Source of the DNA: Perna viridis
Taxonomy: Eukaryota
Assembly: GCA_037379345.1 (NCBI GenBank)
Contig: CM074524.1
Location: 21,386,750 to 21,450,749 of the forward strand
Length of the DNA: 64,000 nt
Direction: 5' to 3'
The position numbers were made by a program, and so were the translations under genes. Position 1 is the stretch's first letter; every line of letters starts with the position of its first letter. Positions 13,801 to 60,494 of the stretch are shown piece by piece. Under the pieces are notes generated by a model, which was not told the origin of the DNA, did not search any database, and saw nothing but the letters and a program-made list of their open reading frames with translations.

Positions 13801-15583
13801 GTCCTAAGGTCAGTAATTCGTAAAGATATTTTTGGAAACTTTGAAATGTACAGGATGTGAAATGTTCGAAATCTTCAGCATAACAGTGGATACTTTAAGT
13901 TTCAAATTTTAACAATAACACAATTGTATGTAAATTTATACAACATCAAGCGTCTACATAAACATACAAATAATCCAGTGTTGGCCTCACCATAATAATC
14001 ATATTCATGGTTAAAGGCTGAGATAGGAATATTAATGCAGGGTTAGTTGCTTATTCTCTGTCCTAGCCATATGGACTAGAGTGTTAAATGAGTACATTAG
14101 TGTCAAAGAGTTGGACTGCATGCAGTATCTAATAGTAGAAGCCTGCCACTGTGGTCAAACACTGGACATGTGTTATATGTGTACTAAGAACAGAAAACAT
14201 ACAACTAATTCTATTTGCATCACTTACTTTACATTTGGGACATTTTACTGCATTCTTTTGACCATAACTGAATTCTTTTGCCCAGCTCTTCACCAATTTA
14301 TCTCCCTTTTTGTATTCTTTACACTTGATATTTTGATGCCATGGGGCATGACAGTCAAAGCACCATACCAAAGCACATTTGGAACATGTCACTTTCAGAC
14401 CCTTTGTCTTCTTTTTGTGTCTTTTCTTTGGTTCAGGACTGTGTAAAGAAACAATGTCATTCCTATTTTGTGCAACTGAACACCTAGGACAAGTTTTTAC
14501 ATTTGGATCTTTATTTTCATCAGTTAAAAATTGATAGTATTTTTCTTTTGTATCAACAGGTAACAAGGCCAAGATCTCATCTCTATGAACATACGAATTA
14601 CAGCTGATACACTGCATTCTAATGTTTCTTTGTTCGACCTCATTCTTTAAATACTCCGTAATACAAGGTTCACATACAGGGTTGTTACAACAAAGTCTCT
14701 TTCTAATGTCAACATTAGCATCAACACAGATATCACATGTGCCTTTTTCTTTCTCATTACAGGGGTAAACCGGTTCACTTAATTCTTGTAACCTTGAAGG
14801 CAGAGAATCTAGGTCAAATATTCCCTGGTTCCCTAAAATCTCTAGAATATCTCGTTCAGTACCATATAGTTGTTGAAGAGACATTTCCCAAGGGTTTCTT
14901 TCTCCATCATCCTCATCATCGACAAACTCTTCAAATTCTGACAAATATTCAGTAAAAAACTCATGTTCTGATTGTAGCAACCCATTTGTTCTTGTTCTAG
15001 GTACATGTATTCTGGGTCTAGAATTACTGGTACCAGGTGTACTACCAGAAACTTCAGGTTTGTCTTCAGTCATTGATGGAAAGTTTTTTTTACTAGTAGC
15101 CATTTCATAATTAACTTCTTTTCCATTTTTAAATTTGATGTATATATAGTTATCATGCTCTCCATCATTTCCTCCTTCATTTTCAACTGAATTTGTTATA
15201 TGGCTTTCATGGTTGCTACTTCGAGCAGAAGCTTGCATATTCAATCCAAATTGGTCTAACCCTTGTCCTTTCACCCCATTGGGACTTAAGTCTGATGAAT
15301 GTGAAAATTCTTGTGAACTATCTTCCAAGTCATTCAAGTTTATATTTAAATCACTGCCAGTTTTCGCTGTCTGCTTTCCAGTAACCTTGACTGTGTCTTC
15401 ATTTTGATCAGTTACCTTGACCTTTTCTGATTTAAGGTCACATACATTAGTCTTGCCTATACTTGAGTGAGTGTCTGATTCCTGAATCTGACTCTCATCT
15501 TTTGTTAAACCTTCATAAGAAAGTTGTGAGGTAGAATTGGAAACTGTATCCAATGACATTTCTTTAAACAAGGAAGTGTCCAT
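7239..15583 (-). CDS. RNF217: RNF217-like RBR (RING1-IBR-RING2) E3 ubiquitin ligase with transmembrane segment; join(15583-14228,12836-12635,11376-11185,9638-9502,7817-7239), ~820 aa
   Basis: RING1 (CDIC...LCCNNPVCEPC...CISC), IBR (CPRC...CSKC...WCFDCHAPWH), RING2 with catalytic GCSHMTC, RNF217-like GCKYNLLPDKP, then a hydrophobic helix and basic stretch. All introns are GT-AG with matching phases 0,1,1,0. Orthology is from recalled similarity, not a search. Confidence 0.85.
8041..8186. mobile_element. Small palindromic MITE
   Basis: TAAGGAATGACTG...CAGTCATTCCTTA. Confidence 0.7.
9502..9638 (-). CDS. RNF217: RNF217-like coding exon 4 (Ser/Thr-rich)
   Basis: ttccag|(A)GTAEFPKSVLKYDDSITSQ...; open in phase 1; phase-0 donor either GTCAGT (exon end 9502) or GTTAAA (exon end 9514). 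Confidence 0.7.
9882..10093. mobile_element. MITE family A (TA TSD, Tc1/mariner-type)
   Basis: TA-CTGTGAAAGTACT...AGTACTTTCACAG-TA. Confidence 0.85.
11185..11376 (-). CDS. RNF217: RNF217-like coding exon 3 (transmembrane helix)
   Basis: tcag|AKILGGIGLGVLVLSAVAIFIGGSMIFVPAYFGGRYHQKRKR...; weak donor GTGATA at 11184, or read-through to TAA at 11150. Confidence 0.85.
12044..12591. mobile_element. Foldback element with ~200-bp imperfect inverted arms
   Basis: ACAAATATGGCTTCAATTTTACCACTAATTTCCC... mirrors ...GGGAAATTAGTGGTGAAATTGATGCCATATTTGT. Confidence 0.8.
12635..12836 (-). CDS. RNF217: RNF217-like coding exon 2 (RING2)
   Basis: acag|VFIQKKSGCSHMTCSNCNTSFCYRCG...RGGVL|GTAAGT; phase 0 in, phase 1 out. 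Confidence 0.92.
14228..15583 (-). CDS. RNF217: RNF217-like coding exon 1 (disordered N-terminus, RING1, IBR, start of RING2)
   Basis: ATG at 15583 (ORF track starts at an upstream TTG); acceptor ttttcag with exon edge 15649; donor aaa|GTAAGT at 14227; 452 codons. Confidence 0.9.
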
Positions 15584-16879
15584 CAAATTTATATAAACTT
15601 TTAATTACACATTTACTGATCTAGCATTGTAGTTCCTTGTAACATTGATCTGAAAATAGAAAATGTCATTGAAATACAATGCACAATGTACATGTACACA
15701 TAAACTACATGTAATCTATAGCCTTGGCACTTTGACCCCAAAATTCAAAACAACCAAGAATACCCTGAATATTTTGTACACTCATATGTCCCCCAAAATT
15801 CATGCTTCACACTCATATCTTTGATTAGAAAGTAATAAAACTGACAAAAGATGTTAACTACTGTTTTAATATAGCATTCCAGATAAGAATCATGCAAAAT
15901 GCGATTCATGGTTAGAATTAGCCTACACATTTTTATTTTTGATATTTTTATATTAATAGAAAAAAAACATGTGGATTGTCATAGAACTTTTTTTTCATAA
16001 GAGATGTAAATTATATAGAATGTACTGTAGAATTCTAAGTTAAGGGGATAACTCTGTCAATGACACTAAAATACTGTAGAAACCATTGGATTTTCAATGT
16101 GAAATATCTTCTAAGAGCAGATAGATTGGAATGAATGATTATACATTTCAACATTTACGTGTAGACCTAAAATGCAACTTAATAACAAAAATAAAAATGT
16201 GCAGCCTTTTGGTGGGTGTTCCACATACATGTATAACAGAATTTGTATGATAACCAATCAAAAAAATCGTCTTTGTTACTTACCAAAACAAGACAAACCT
16301 CTCACTTATTAGACAGAATGAAAAAGTGAATAAATTAATATAATGTACTATACTGGGTTAAACCCACTCTGGTGGTCAAAATATTAAGCCCTGGATAAAA
16401 ATTAAAAAAACAACAATTGATGGATACATTGTATGTTTTGTTTATATATACATGTACATACTCACTACCTGAATATTCATCTATTAAATGTCAAAGAAAA
16501 TAATCATGATTGTACATGCTGAATAGATGAATGACAAGGGTCATTGGTTGCCATTATTTTTTTTTGTTTAACCTAGTTTCTGTTGCAAAGGTAAAGTTCT
16601 CGGTCATGCATGCATTTATCATCCGATTGAACAGGTCGAGACCACTAAAATTCTGAAATACTAAGGAATGTCACGTCTCTTAGACCAAACAAGGACTATG
16701 TAGTAAAACTCCCAACCTACAGTGAGAAATGCCTTCTATGTAGCAGACCATTAATCAGTTCTGTTTATTTTATTATACCATATTCATCTGTGTATTCCAT
16801 GCATTCATGTAAACCAGGCACACCCTTTGTGGCAAGGGAGATCTGCCAAAAAGTTAATATGTGTAAAATATGCATTGGG

Positions 16880-17263
16880 AAGCAGAAGACCACATTATTC
16901 TTTGATTAGAAGTGTTCTTTTATTTTTCCCTGCGTTTGTTCTGTTTTCCCTATCTGGACTTTGTCCTTGGATTACATTCTTTTCTTTTCCACAAGAATCT
17001 TGGTTCCCTTAATTGAGCAAGTGTCCTGAGCAACTCGGCAGGTGTTTCTAGAAAAGCAGAGGACACTAACCCTACCGGTGCACCTGGTCCATGCTCCCAG
17101 TTTTTAGTGGAGTCCGAGTTGCTCATTTGCTTTTGACGACTTTGTAGGATTTTAGTAACTTTGTGTTCTTTATTGAGTGTGTCTGTTTTCCATGTCTGGT
17201 CTTGTCTCTGGATTACATTCTTTTGATTACCGCTATAACCATGGTTAGCTTGACCATTCTTAC
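16880..17263 (+). mobile_element. Two tandem 3'-end fragments of the Penelope-like family
   Basis: 17027-17263 matches the reverse complement of 56608-56843; 16880-17012 is an older partial copy. Confidence 0.75.
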
Positions 17264-18399
17264 TCTTAGCCATTTATTGATTAACATACTGTAATGATCC
17301 ATTCAATGAGCCAGTTTCCTGTTCATATGCAAATCAGAGGTTTCACTAAAACAAAGGTGTCTACTCTGACAGTTTAAAAAAAGATGTTTCAATTTGCCAA
17401 GTTTGTGTATTAATATTAGACATCTGCAAAGTTCATCAAGCGGATTAAAAGATTAGTGACAATTGTTTTCACCTTTGTAATTGATCTATTGTTATTTGAT
17501 AATTAAATGACAATGGGGCCGATGACAGGTTAGCTTTCATGTTATTGTGTATTTTACACTCTACTGCATACAGTTGAGGACGATATAATCATGACTGCAT
17601 GATCTGAGAACTAAGTTAGAAACTAATCATGGTTGTTGTACAAACTGTGAAATGCAAGAAAATGGTATTTATTGATAAATGCAACAACAGTTAAAGTGTA
17701 ATAAAATTTAATTTGTTTATTTTATTTCATATAAATACATTTGTTGATCGACATCTTCAGTTCAGATTCCCAAAGTGTCTCCAGAAAACAATCTGTAAAT
17801 TCTTGTTTTGGTGTATACGGTACTGTGCATCCCCGTCTTGGAACAGAGAAAAAATAAGTGTTTGGAATACACAGAAGATTAAGGTAGATTGAAAATCAAT
17901 ATTAAAATATATGAATTTAATTTTGGATGCATACAAGGATATTTAGGGTGTATAGAACAGTAAAACACAATGGCGAACTTAATAAAAAAAAATAAAATAC
18001 AATATATGGAGCTGATTTGAATATGTTAGTAAACACCTCCTGACCTGACCTTGATGACATATTATCAAAATGTGCAGGCCCCTATTCTTCATTACAAAAA
18101 AATCAAAATTTCTGATAGTACCGAAAATAGGTTTTACCACTAAAATCATGATAATTGTAGAAGAGTACTCTACTAACCAATCATGAAATTCTTGTTCATC
18201 ACATTACCAAGCCAAGACAAATTTAAAATTAGGTAGAATAAAAAAGTAAATAAATAATTCAATCAACAGCAATTGATGTTGTACACCAGCAATGTGACTT
18301 GGTGCCATCCTAACCTCTAGCATCTGACATGTTGAAAGCAACCGCAAATGTTAATTAGCTAAACATGTATTTTAAAATATTTTATGTCTTTTATTTACA

Positions 18400-19540
18400 T
18401 AAAAGAAGTTTAACCTACCGGACATCGAACGATAAAAATCCTAAATATTTGTTAAATACCTAGAAAACATTTGTAATAAAGACAGTTGTCAAAATGACCA
18501 GCAATTTTGAATTAGGTCACTAATTTTTACGGAGTACAATATATTTTTGACAAAACGAACTTAAAGTTGGTAAAGGCAATTCGTTGGTTGATTTGATATG
18601 TTCGTTTCGCAAATTTTAAAATCCGTAATGTTATCAACCGGAAATGCACACTCAAAAAAGCTAAAAACCAAACATGAAGTTAATTTTAACTGCTTTTACA
18701 AAGGATTTCCAGGATTGCTGGATTTTCTCCTCAGGTTGGTCATTGTTTTTCTTTAGTTTAGCCACCATCTCCCTTGTAATGGTAAAAAAACTACAAAACG
18801 TTTTAAATGGAAAATGCTTTACTATAATTCTGCCGATTTCAAGGAATGATCGTTATGCAATATGGCGCTCGGAAGTAAGAGGTAGGGGTATGGAGGAACG
18901 GAATTCCAACCTCTTACGTTGTAGGAGTATTGATGTTGCATCTTTCTCAATTCTTAAGTTACATGTATGTATTAAATGGTCATGGAATACTTCTTCAACT
19001 AAAAATAACACCATAATAAGTCCATTCATACCTTATGAGGATTTTAAAAGCTGTCAGAACAAGGATGTTTGTCACTAAATCATTTCATTATGATTCGATT
19101 GCTAAATATAGAAATGGTGTGTTGGTGTGTAAACAAAGTGATGTAAATATGTAAACAAACGAAAATGGATCGCACAATCAGTTCCGTGTCAGAAAAAAGT
19201 TTTGTCGAATCGGATAAGTATACCTTTTCACATTATCTTCTCTTCTTTTTTTGTTTCCTCATATTGTTCAGTTCTAAGTTCTATTTATGAACACAGATCA
19301 TAGATGATTCTGTCACTTTCCTCTACTTTCGGAGTTTCGGACTTCTTCTTTACATTGTTGTTGGGAGTAGAAAACATCTGAAACCTACCGAATGCGAATA
19401 AAATTCTTTGTCAGATTTGCGCTTCTGGGTGGGTGGTTGAAACAGGTACCTTCAAAAATCAAAAGTTACATTGACAAAAACTTTTTTGCTGATTTTCCCC
19501 GTATTTACTCTCAAAAGAACAACCCAATCCTGTTGCAAGT
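18400..19540. promoter_or_regulatory. Probable divergent promoter region of RNF217-like and PREP
   Basis: Lies between the 5' ends of two divergent genes; visibly richer in CpG than the flanks; ETS-like ACCGGAAAT 18637 and CGGAAGT 18870; YY1-like AATATGGCG 18859; candidate minus-strand donors for a non-coding first exon at 18418, 19223 and 19388. Confidence 0.5.

Positions 19541-19544
<4 letters not shown>
19392..19544 (+). other. 50-aa upstream ORF whose stop overlaps the PREP start (ATGA)
   Basis: Hand translation MRIKFFVRFALLGGWLKQVPSKIKSYIDKNFFADFPRIYSQKNNPILLQV*; translation in vivo unknown. Confidence 0.45.
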
Positions 19545-55061
<35,517 letters not shown>

Positions 55062-55575
55062 TATCTTTAATTTTTTCCTCTACAGAGAACACTGAAAATC
55101 ACTCTACTGAATTATCAATCTTATTAAAATCAATTTGTAAATGTCATTCTCTAAATTGTGGTCATTGAGGATCAAACAACAGCTTATTGGACTATGCTAC
55201 TAGAAGGATAAAATTCTTTAATATCATTTCCGTTTTCATGGTCATTGAGGATCAAACAACAGTAACCCATTGGATGTTGTACAACAATGTCAAAATGTCA
55301 GTAGCCCATTGAAAATTGCTACCGGTACAACAAAACTTTCTGTAATTTTCCTATCATATGTTTGGACTTATCAGACAGAAAGTTTTCAGCAATACCAAGA
55401 ACAAGTGTACCAAATTTCATAATTCTACCATGTCTGTCACCTTTGCAGGCATAAACAGCAGCAAAGGATTTTCTCAAACTTGTTACCCCCCGCCTCCCCC
55501 CCCCACCTAAAAGACATATCCATATTGTTAGATCTTCTAATAGCCAGAATGGAAGGAAGAGGACATTGCCAAATC

Positions 55576-55581
55576 AATAAA
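55576..55581 (+). terminator. Candidate PREP polyadenylation signal
   Basis: AATAAA ~515 nt after the stop, with a T-rich tract at 55615-55628. Confidence 0.5.
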
Positions 55582-55844
55582 TGAAACTGACTTCTATCTG
55601 TTGAAAAATTATGATTTTTTGTTATTTATGCAGAATAATGATTCAAAAAACGTTTCAGAAGTTTGAATTTCTTAAAATTAGCACACTTTTTCTGTTAAAA
55701 ATTAAGACTTACAATAATCAGACTAATTGGAATCTCTATTAAAATATTAAAAATATTTTTTTTTACAAATATGAGTATTTTATTGCACAATTTTGTGCTA
55801 GGATCTTTCTTAATTAACATATATAGTACAATTCAACCAGGTTC

Positions 55845-55923
55845 AGTCTCACTTGCTACCCAATACAGAATCAAGGCACAAACCGAGTCTCACTTGCTAC
55901 CCAGTACAGAAGCAAGGCACAAA
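55845..55923. repeat. Tandem duplication, 41 bp x 2
   Basis: AGTCTCACTTGCTACCCA.TACAGAA.CAAGGCACAAA. Confidence 0.85.
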
Positions 55924-56607
55924 TCAATGAGCGAAGTTGGGGGAGCTCGGAATTTTTAAGAAATCAATAAACAAATTAAATTACTTAATCATGGACAGAA
56001 AAATGAATTATGATTCAATACTCCCCATTATTTAACCATGTTGATTTTCAAATACAAGTTTTAAATGGGGCTGCTGAAAAAATAAAATTATTTTTGCACT
56101 CATGTGAGAACTCTTACTTAACAAAAACTCTCTTCTTGAGAAATAATAGTCTGTGGTTAAGTGAAGGTTATTTCAATGACTTTCATTAAAGCGGGGTTAA
56201 AATGTGATCACCTTGTCTGTCCGTCTGTTTACATACAGAATGGGTTGATGTTGAGACAGGAGATATCACAGTGAGCCTGTTAGTGTGAGATATGATGTTC
56301 TGTCGAGACGTTCAAACCTGACATTTTTCTGTTAATCCACTTCATAGTCATTGGAAATGGCCAATATCTTTCAGTATCACTACAGTAGCCTGAAGTAGAA
56401 ATTATCAGGCAGTAAACAATTAAGTTGCAGATAATTTTTTCTATAACAGTTGTCAGCTTCTATTACTTCGATATTTGGTATATTGCTTTTACACAATGAC
56501 TTGTACTTTGGTTCCTTGTATATCTTCTTCCTGTTTACCATAGGACTTCTTAATTTTTTAGATGATGCATAATGGGTATTTTTGTAACAGATTTCTCAGA
56601 ATCTGTT

Positions 56608-57341
56608 AGAGTAATCAAGGGAACCAAGGTTATAGCGGTAATCAAAAGAATGTATTCCAGGGACAAAGACCAGACGTGGAAAACAAACATACACAACAAA
56701 GAACATCAAGTAACTAAAATCATACTTACAAAGTAACAAAAGTAAATGAGCAACTCGGACTCTAAAAACTAGGAGCATGGACCAGGTGCACCGGTAGGGC
56801 AAGTGTCCTCTGCTTTTCTAGAAACACCCGCCGAGTTGCTCATAAAAAGTCAAGTCCAGGGTAGACAAACGAGGAAAGGAAAACTATGACCCATTGAATA
56901 AATCAGTTTTCATGGTGCTGATGGATACACCATAATGATCCACAAGTTCATGATGACGACCATAAAACTTCTGCAGTGATGACTTCAATCTTGTAGCAAC
57001 ATAACCCTGTTCCAGAAGCCTATTTGTTAAGAGTTATAGCGCAATGCAAAAAGTCTGCGTAGTTTCAGCAAGCTCTGGCATAACGTACGAGTTGTGATAT
57101 GAACACTCCATACACAGGGGCCGAAGGGATGTTGCCACAGATGAAAGGAAAGTTTGGTCAATAGTTTTCCTTTACCATCGATTTCTAAGTGTAGGTCAAG
57201 ATATGAGGCTGACTTCACAGTGTCTGTAGTATCCTTTATCTCAAGTTGTTTTGGGTAGATGCGATGTATCAAATCCCCAAAATTAGGATTGTTTAAAGAT
57301 AATACGTCATCTATATAGCGGAAATTGAGATTAAAGGATCT
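56608..57341 (-). mobile_element. 5'-truncated Penelope-like retroelement (RT C-terminal part plus 3' tail)
   Basis: FRYIDDVLSLNN...ELEIKDTT-like...SASYLDLHLEID; after a deletion FPFICGNIPSAPVYGVFISQLVRYARAC; tail shared with copies at 17027 and 30408. Confidence 0.75.
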
Positions 57342-58031
57342 CGAGGGAATGCTTAAATATTTGGTATATTGCTTTTGCATGATGACTTGAACCATGTCTC
57401 CTTTTTGAGAGGAGGTATTCTTAGTATGATGTAGCATGCAACATGCTGTTACTAAGTAATGCTTGAGATAGGCCGGCAAGACACATAATGGATAAAAATA
57501 ATGACCAGTGCTATTTTGTGTTCCTTTTTACTGGACTAAGGACTGGATGAGATAAAACTATCATATCACATTCATAGATTTTATTTTTAACAATAGAAAT
57601 ACAGATACCATAAAACATAAAATTGTACAAGAAACTTTACAATAATACTATTAATAATTAATAAGCTATAAATAAATATAGAAATTGTAATAGATAATAT
57701 TTCAGAACATTTCTAATTTGATGTCATGTTTTTAAGATCATGGTTTGAAAGACTTCTCAAAATTTTCAGTGGTGTGTAAAAGCCCTGACCATAGTACATT
57801 TTAAATAAGATGTGATGGACAAAAAGTGCTTTGTGTCCATAATATGCACCTGATTAAAGCTTTTACACATTGATGAAACATCAAAACATAGAATATTCAT
57901 TCTAATATGACGTGCTTAAAAGCTCTTTTATAATAGACCACAGTCATGATAAGAAAGTGATAAACAACATTTTGTGCAACACATTGGCTGTGTCTATTCA
58001 AAGCTATGAAGAAAATAGTTCAATTCGAATC

Positions 58032-58191
58032 GAAATAAATCATGAAAACTCCATTTTATCATTGTATTACCAAGGGCTGGCCATTTATTTCACTATTTAA
58101 CCCCTCGATATTGCTGTGGGTAAAACAAGGGAACATAAATGACCAGCCTGCGGTAAAACAATGATAAAATGGAGTTTCCATGATTTATTTC
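58032..58191. mobile_element. Palindromic MITE (second copy at ~42600-42745)
   Basis: ~55-bp inverted arms starting GAAATAAATCATG.AAACTCCATTTTATCATTG. Confidence 0.75.
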
Positions 58192-59735
58192 ATAAAATAA
58201 AAATTGTGTTTTTACTGATGTGGGCATCAAAGTAGTTAGAATACTGTGAGCAAGCTAATAATGTGAATAACCCCCATTTCAAATGAATTCTTCAATTAGA
58301 TTATCTCCCTTTGTAATTCACTAAAATAGGTATATTCCTTCATGCTCCTCCCTTTTTCAAAAAAAAAATTGTTTGAGTAGTTTTGGAGTTTCACTTAAAA
58401 GAAATGTAGATTAACAAATGGAAAGGTCATTCCTTAATTTTTTGCAGAAGAGGGGGTATAATTTTAAGCATTGTTATCAGATACATAGTTTGCAAACATG
58501 ATATTCTTTAAAGATCTACAAATGCATCAAGCAGTGTACTCATAATCACACAAATCAGAAATGTTCACAAGCTGTTGCACAGCCTTCTCATGTTTCATTA
58601 TTAAACAAAAACAGGTTATGAGTATCATGGATACCTCCAATTTCAGAGCTCCCAACCCTTACTATTTCAGTTTAAGTCTTCTGATTTTGGCCATTGAAAT
58701 ATGCTGTATAAATTAGGAAGAAAATCTTAAGATTTCTTTTTTCTTAGAAAAATACATGAAAATCCATATTTTATTCATCATCATGACCAATATCTAGTTT
58801 TCAAACTAATAACATCCGCTTTGCAGTTTATTCAGCATTTGCAAGTTATGTATTTACAAAGTACAATACAAAATGAACCTCATTGTTTGCGATTCAGATC
58901 TTGAAGAACCTTTATAAATCAAAAGTGTCTGCTCCTCACAAAAAATCTCAAGCAGACCCACCCCTCCTTTACTATATAACTTTGGGCAGCTTTTTCACTA
59001 TTTAAAAAATACAATGAGTATCCTGGATACCTCCAATTGATAAAAGTCATAAAAATATTTTATTGCACTATAAATGTCATGGAATGTATCAACAAACATG
59101 GTTAAATACCAAAATCTTTATGAATAAGTGGAGACAGTTAACATTAATAAATGTTAAGATTCTTCATGCATCAACCCTGCCAACAAACAAGAGACACATG
59201 ATACTGGCAAAAAGATTTGAAAAAATTGTGGTTAAGTAATGCAAATTGATGTTCTTGGATCAGCAATGTGAAAAGAGAAAAAAACAAAACAAATGATATG
59301 AAAAAAAAGGGTGTTGTCTCATTAGACAAACGTAAAACACAGCCATTGAAAGTTCACAAATTAACAAAATACAATATGTAACATTTTTATTTTAAAAAAA
59401 ACCGATATACCAAATGCTTTCTGCCATAAAAACAGTTAATGCTTCAAAAATATCGTAAATCCACAAACGTCAAAAAAATTCCAAGAAAGTACAGATCACT
59501 ACATTGTTGTATATTTGAGACTATTTTTGTCTTTTTCCTCTATTAACAAAAAAAGTTGAAAAATAACTATTAATAGAAACATTTAAAACTTGTGTACACC
59601 ATACATATGTACTTTTGACAAAATTTGTACAAAAAAAGCCAACATCACACACTAATTCATTATTTTCCAAATTTTCAATCTCAAAGCACAACCTCACATA
59701 TTTTAACCACAAGTAGAGATTCTAACATGTACATC

Positions 59736-60330
59736 ATTGCCTAAAATACAGAATTACACCATTGTGTATTGCCCAAAGTACAGAATTACATCACTCTGTA
59801 ATGCCCAAAGTACAGAATTACATTAATGTGTACTGCTTTAAGTAAAGAATTATATCATAGTGTTTGGTCTAAAGTGTAGGGTTACATCTTTGTGTATTAC
59901 ACATATTATAGAATTACATCAATGTGAATTGCCTAAAATATGGAGTGGCATTATTTTGTATTGCCTCAAATACAGAAGTACATTATATTGTTTTGCCAAA
60001 GTACATACTGATATTATTTGTGTATTGTTTAAAAGTATAGAATTACACCTTTGTGTACTGTGAAAGTACTTTAATTCGTGGATACCAATTCTCATGGATC
60101 AGGGAAGAAACACAAGTTCTTAAATTCTTGAATTCATGATTTTGAAGTTTTCAGTATACACATTGATGGAAATCTCCTTTTTGTTGGGAACCTAATTTCA
60201 TGGTTTGACTATCCACAAAAACCACGAAAAGTGGTACCCAACGAACAATAGTACTTTCACAGTAATACCTAAATAACAGAATTACATCATTAAGTATTTC
60301 CTACAGCACCACACTACATTATTGTGTATT
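59736..60330. repeat. Diverged 32-bp tandem array in the GGT 3' UTR
   Basis: Unit like ATTGCCTAAAATACAGAATTACATCATTGTGT; interrupted by a MITE. Confidence 0.85.
60056..60264. mobile_element. MITE family A (reverse orientation) inserted into a 32-bp tandem array
   Basis: Perfect TIRs and TA TSD; the repeat unit resumes on both sides. Confidence 0.85.
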
Positions 60331-60494
60331 GGTATTAAACATTGCAGCTACTCCACCTTTACGATAGTCAGATACAGCACTTAATCGATTATTTACTTTC
60401 TTAATACCCTGAACAATACTGATTGGCTCAGAAGCCTTTACTACAGTATGTCCTAGCTTCTTAAGTTCATCAATTATTTTCTGTGGAAATCCAT
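60319..60494 (-). CDS. GGT: GGT terminal exon
   Basis: GFPQKIIDELKKLGH...SAVSDYRKGGVAAMFNTNTQ*. Confidence 0.92.

Noticed and set aside
16950-17273. ORFs at 16950, 30462 and 56596
   Set aside because: Chance frames in the non-coding tail of the Penelope-like repeat
18674-19078. 134-aa plus-strand ORF
   Set aside because: No recognisable motif or splice partner; lies in the probable promoter interval
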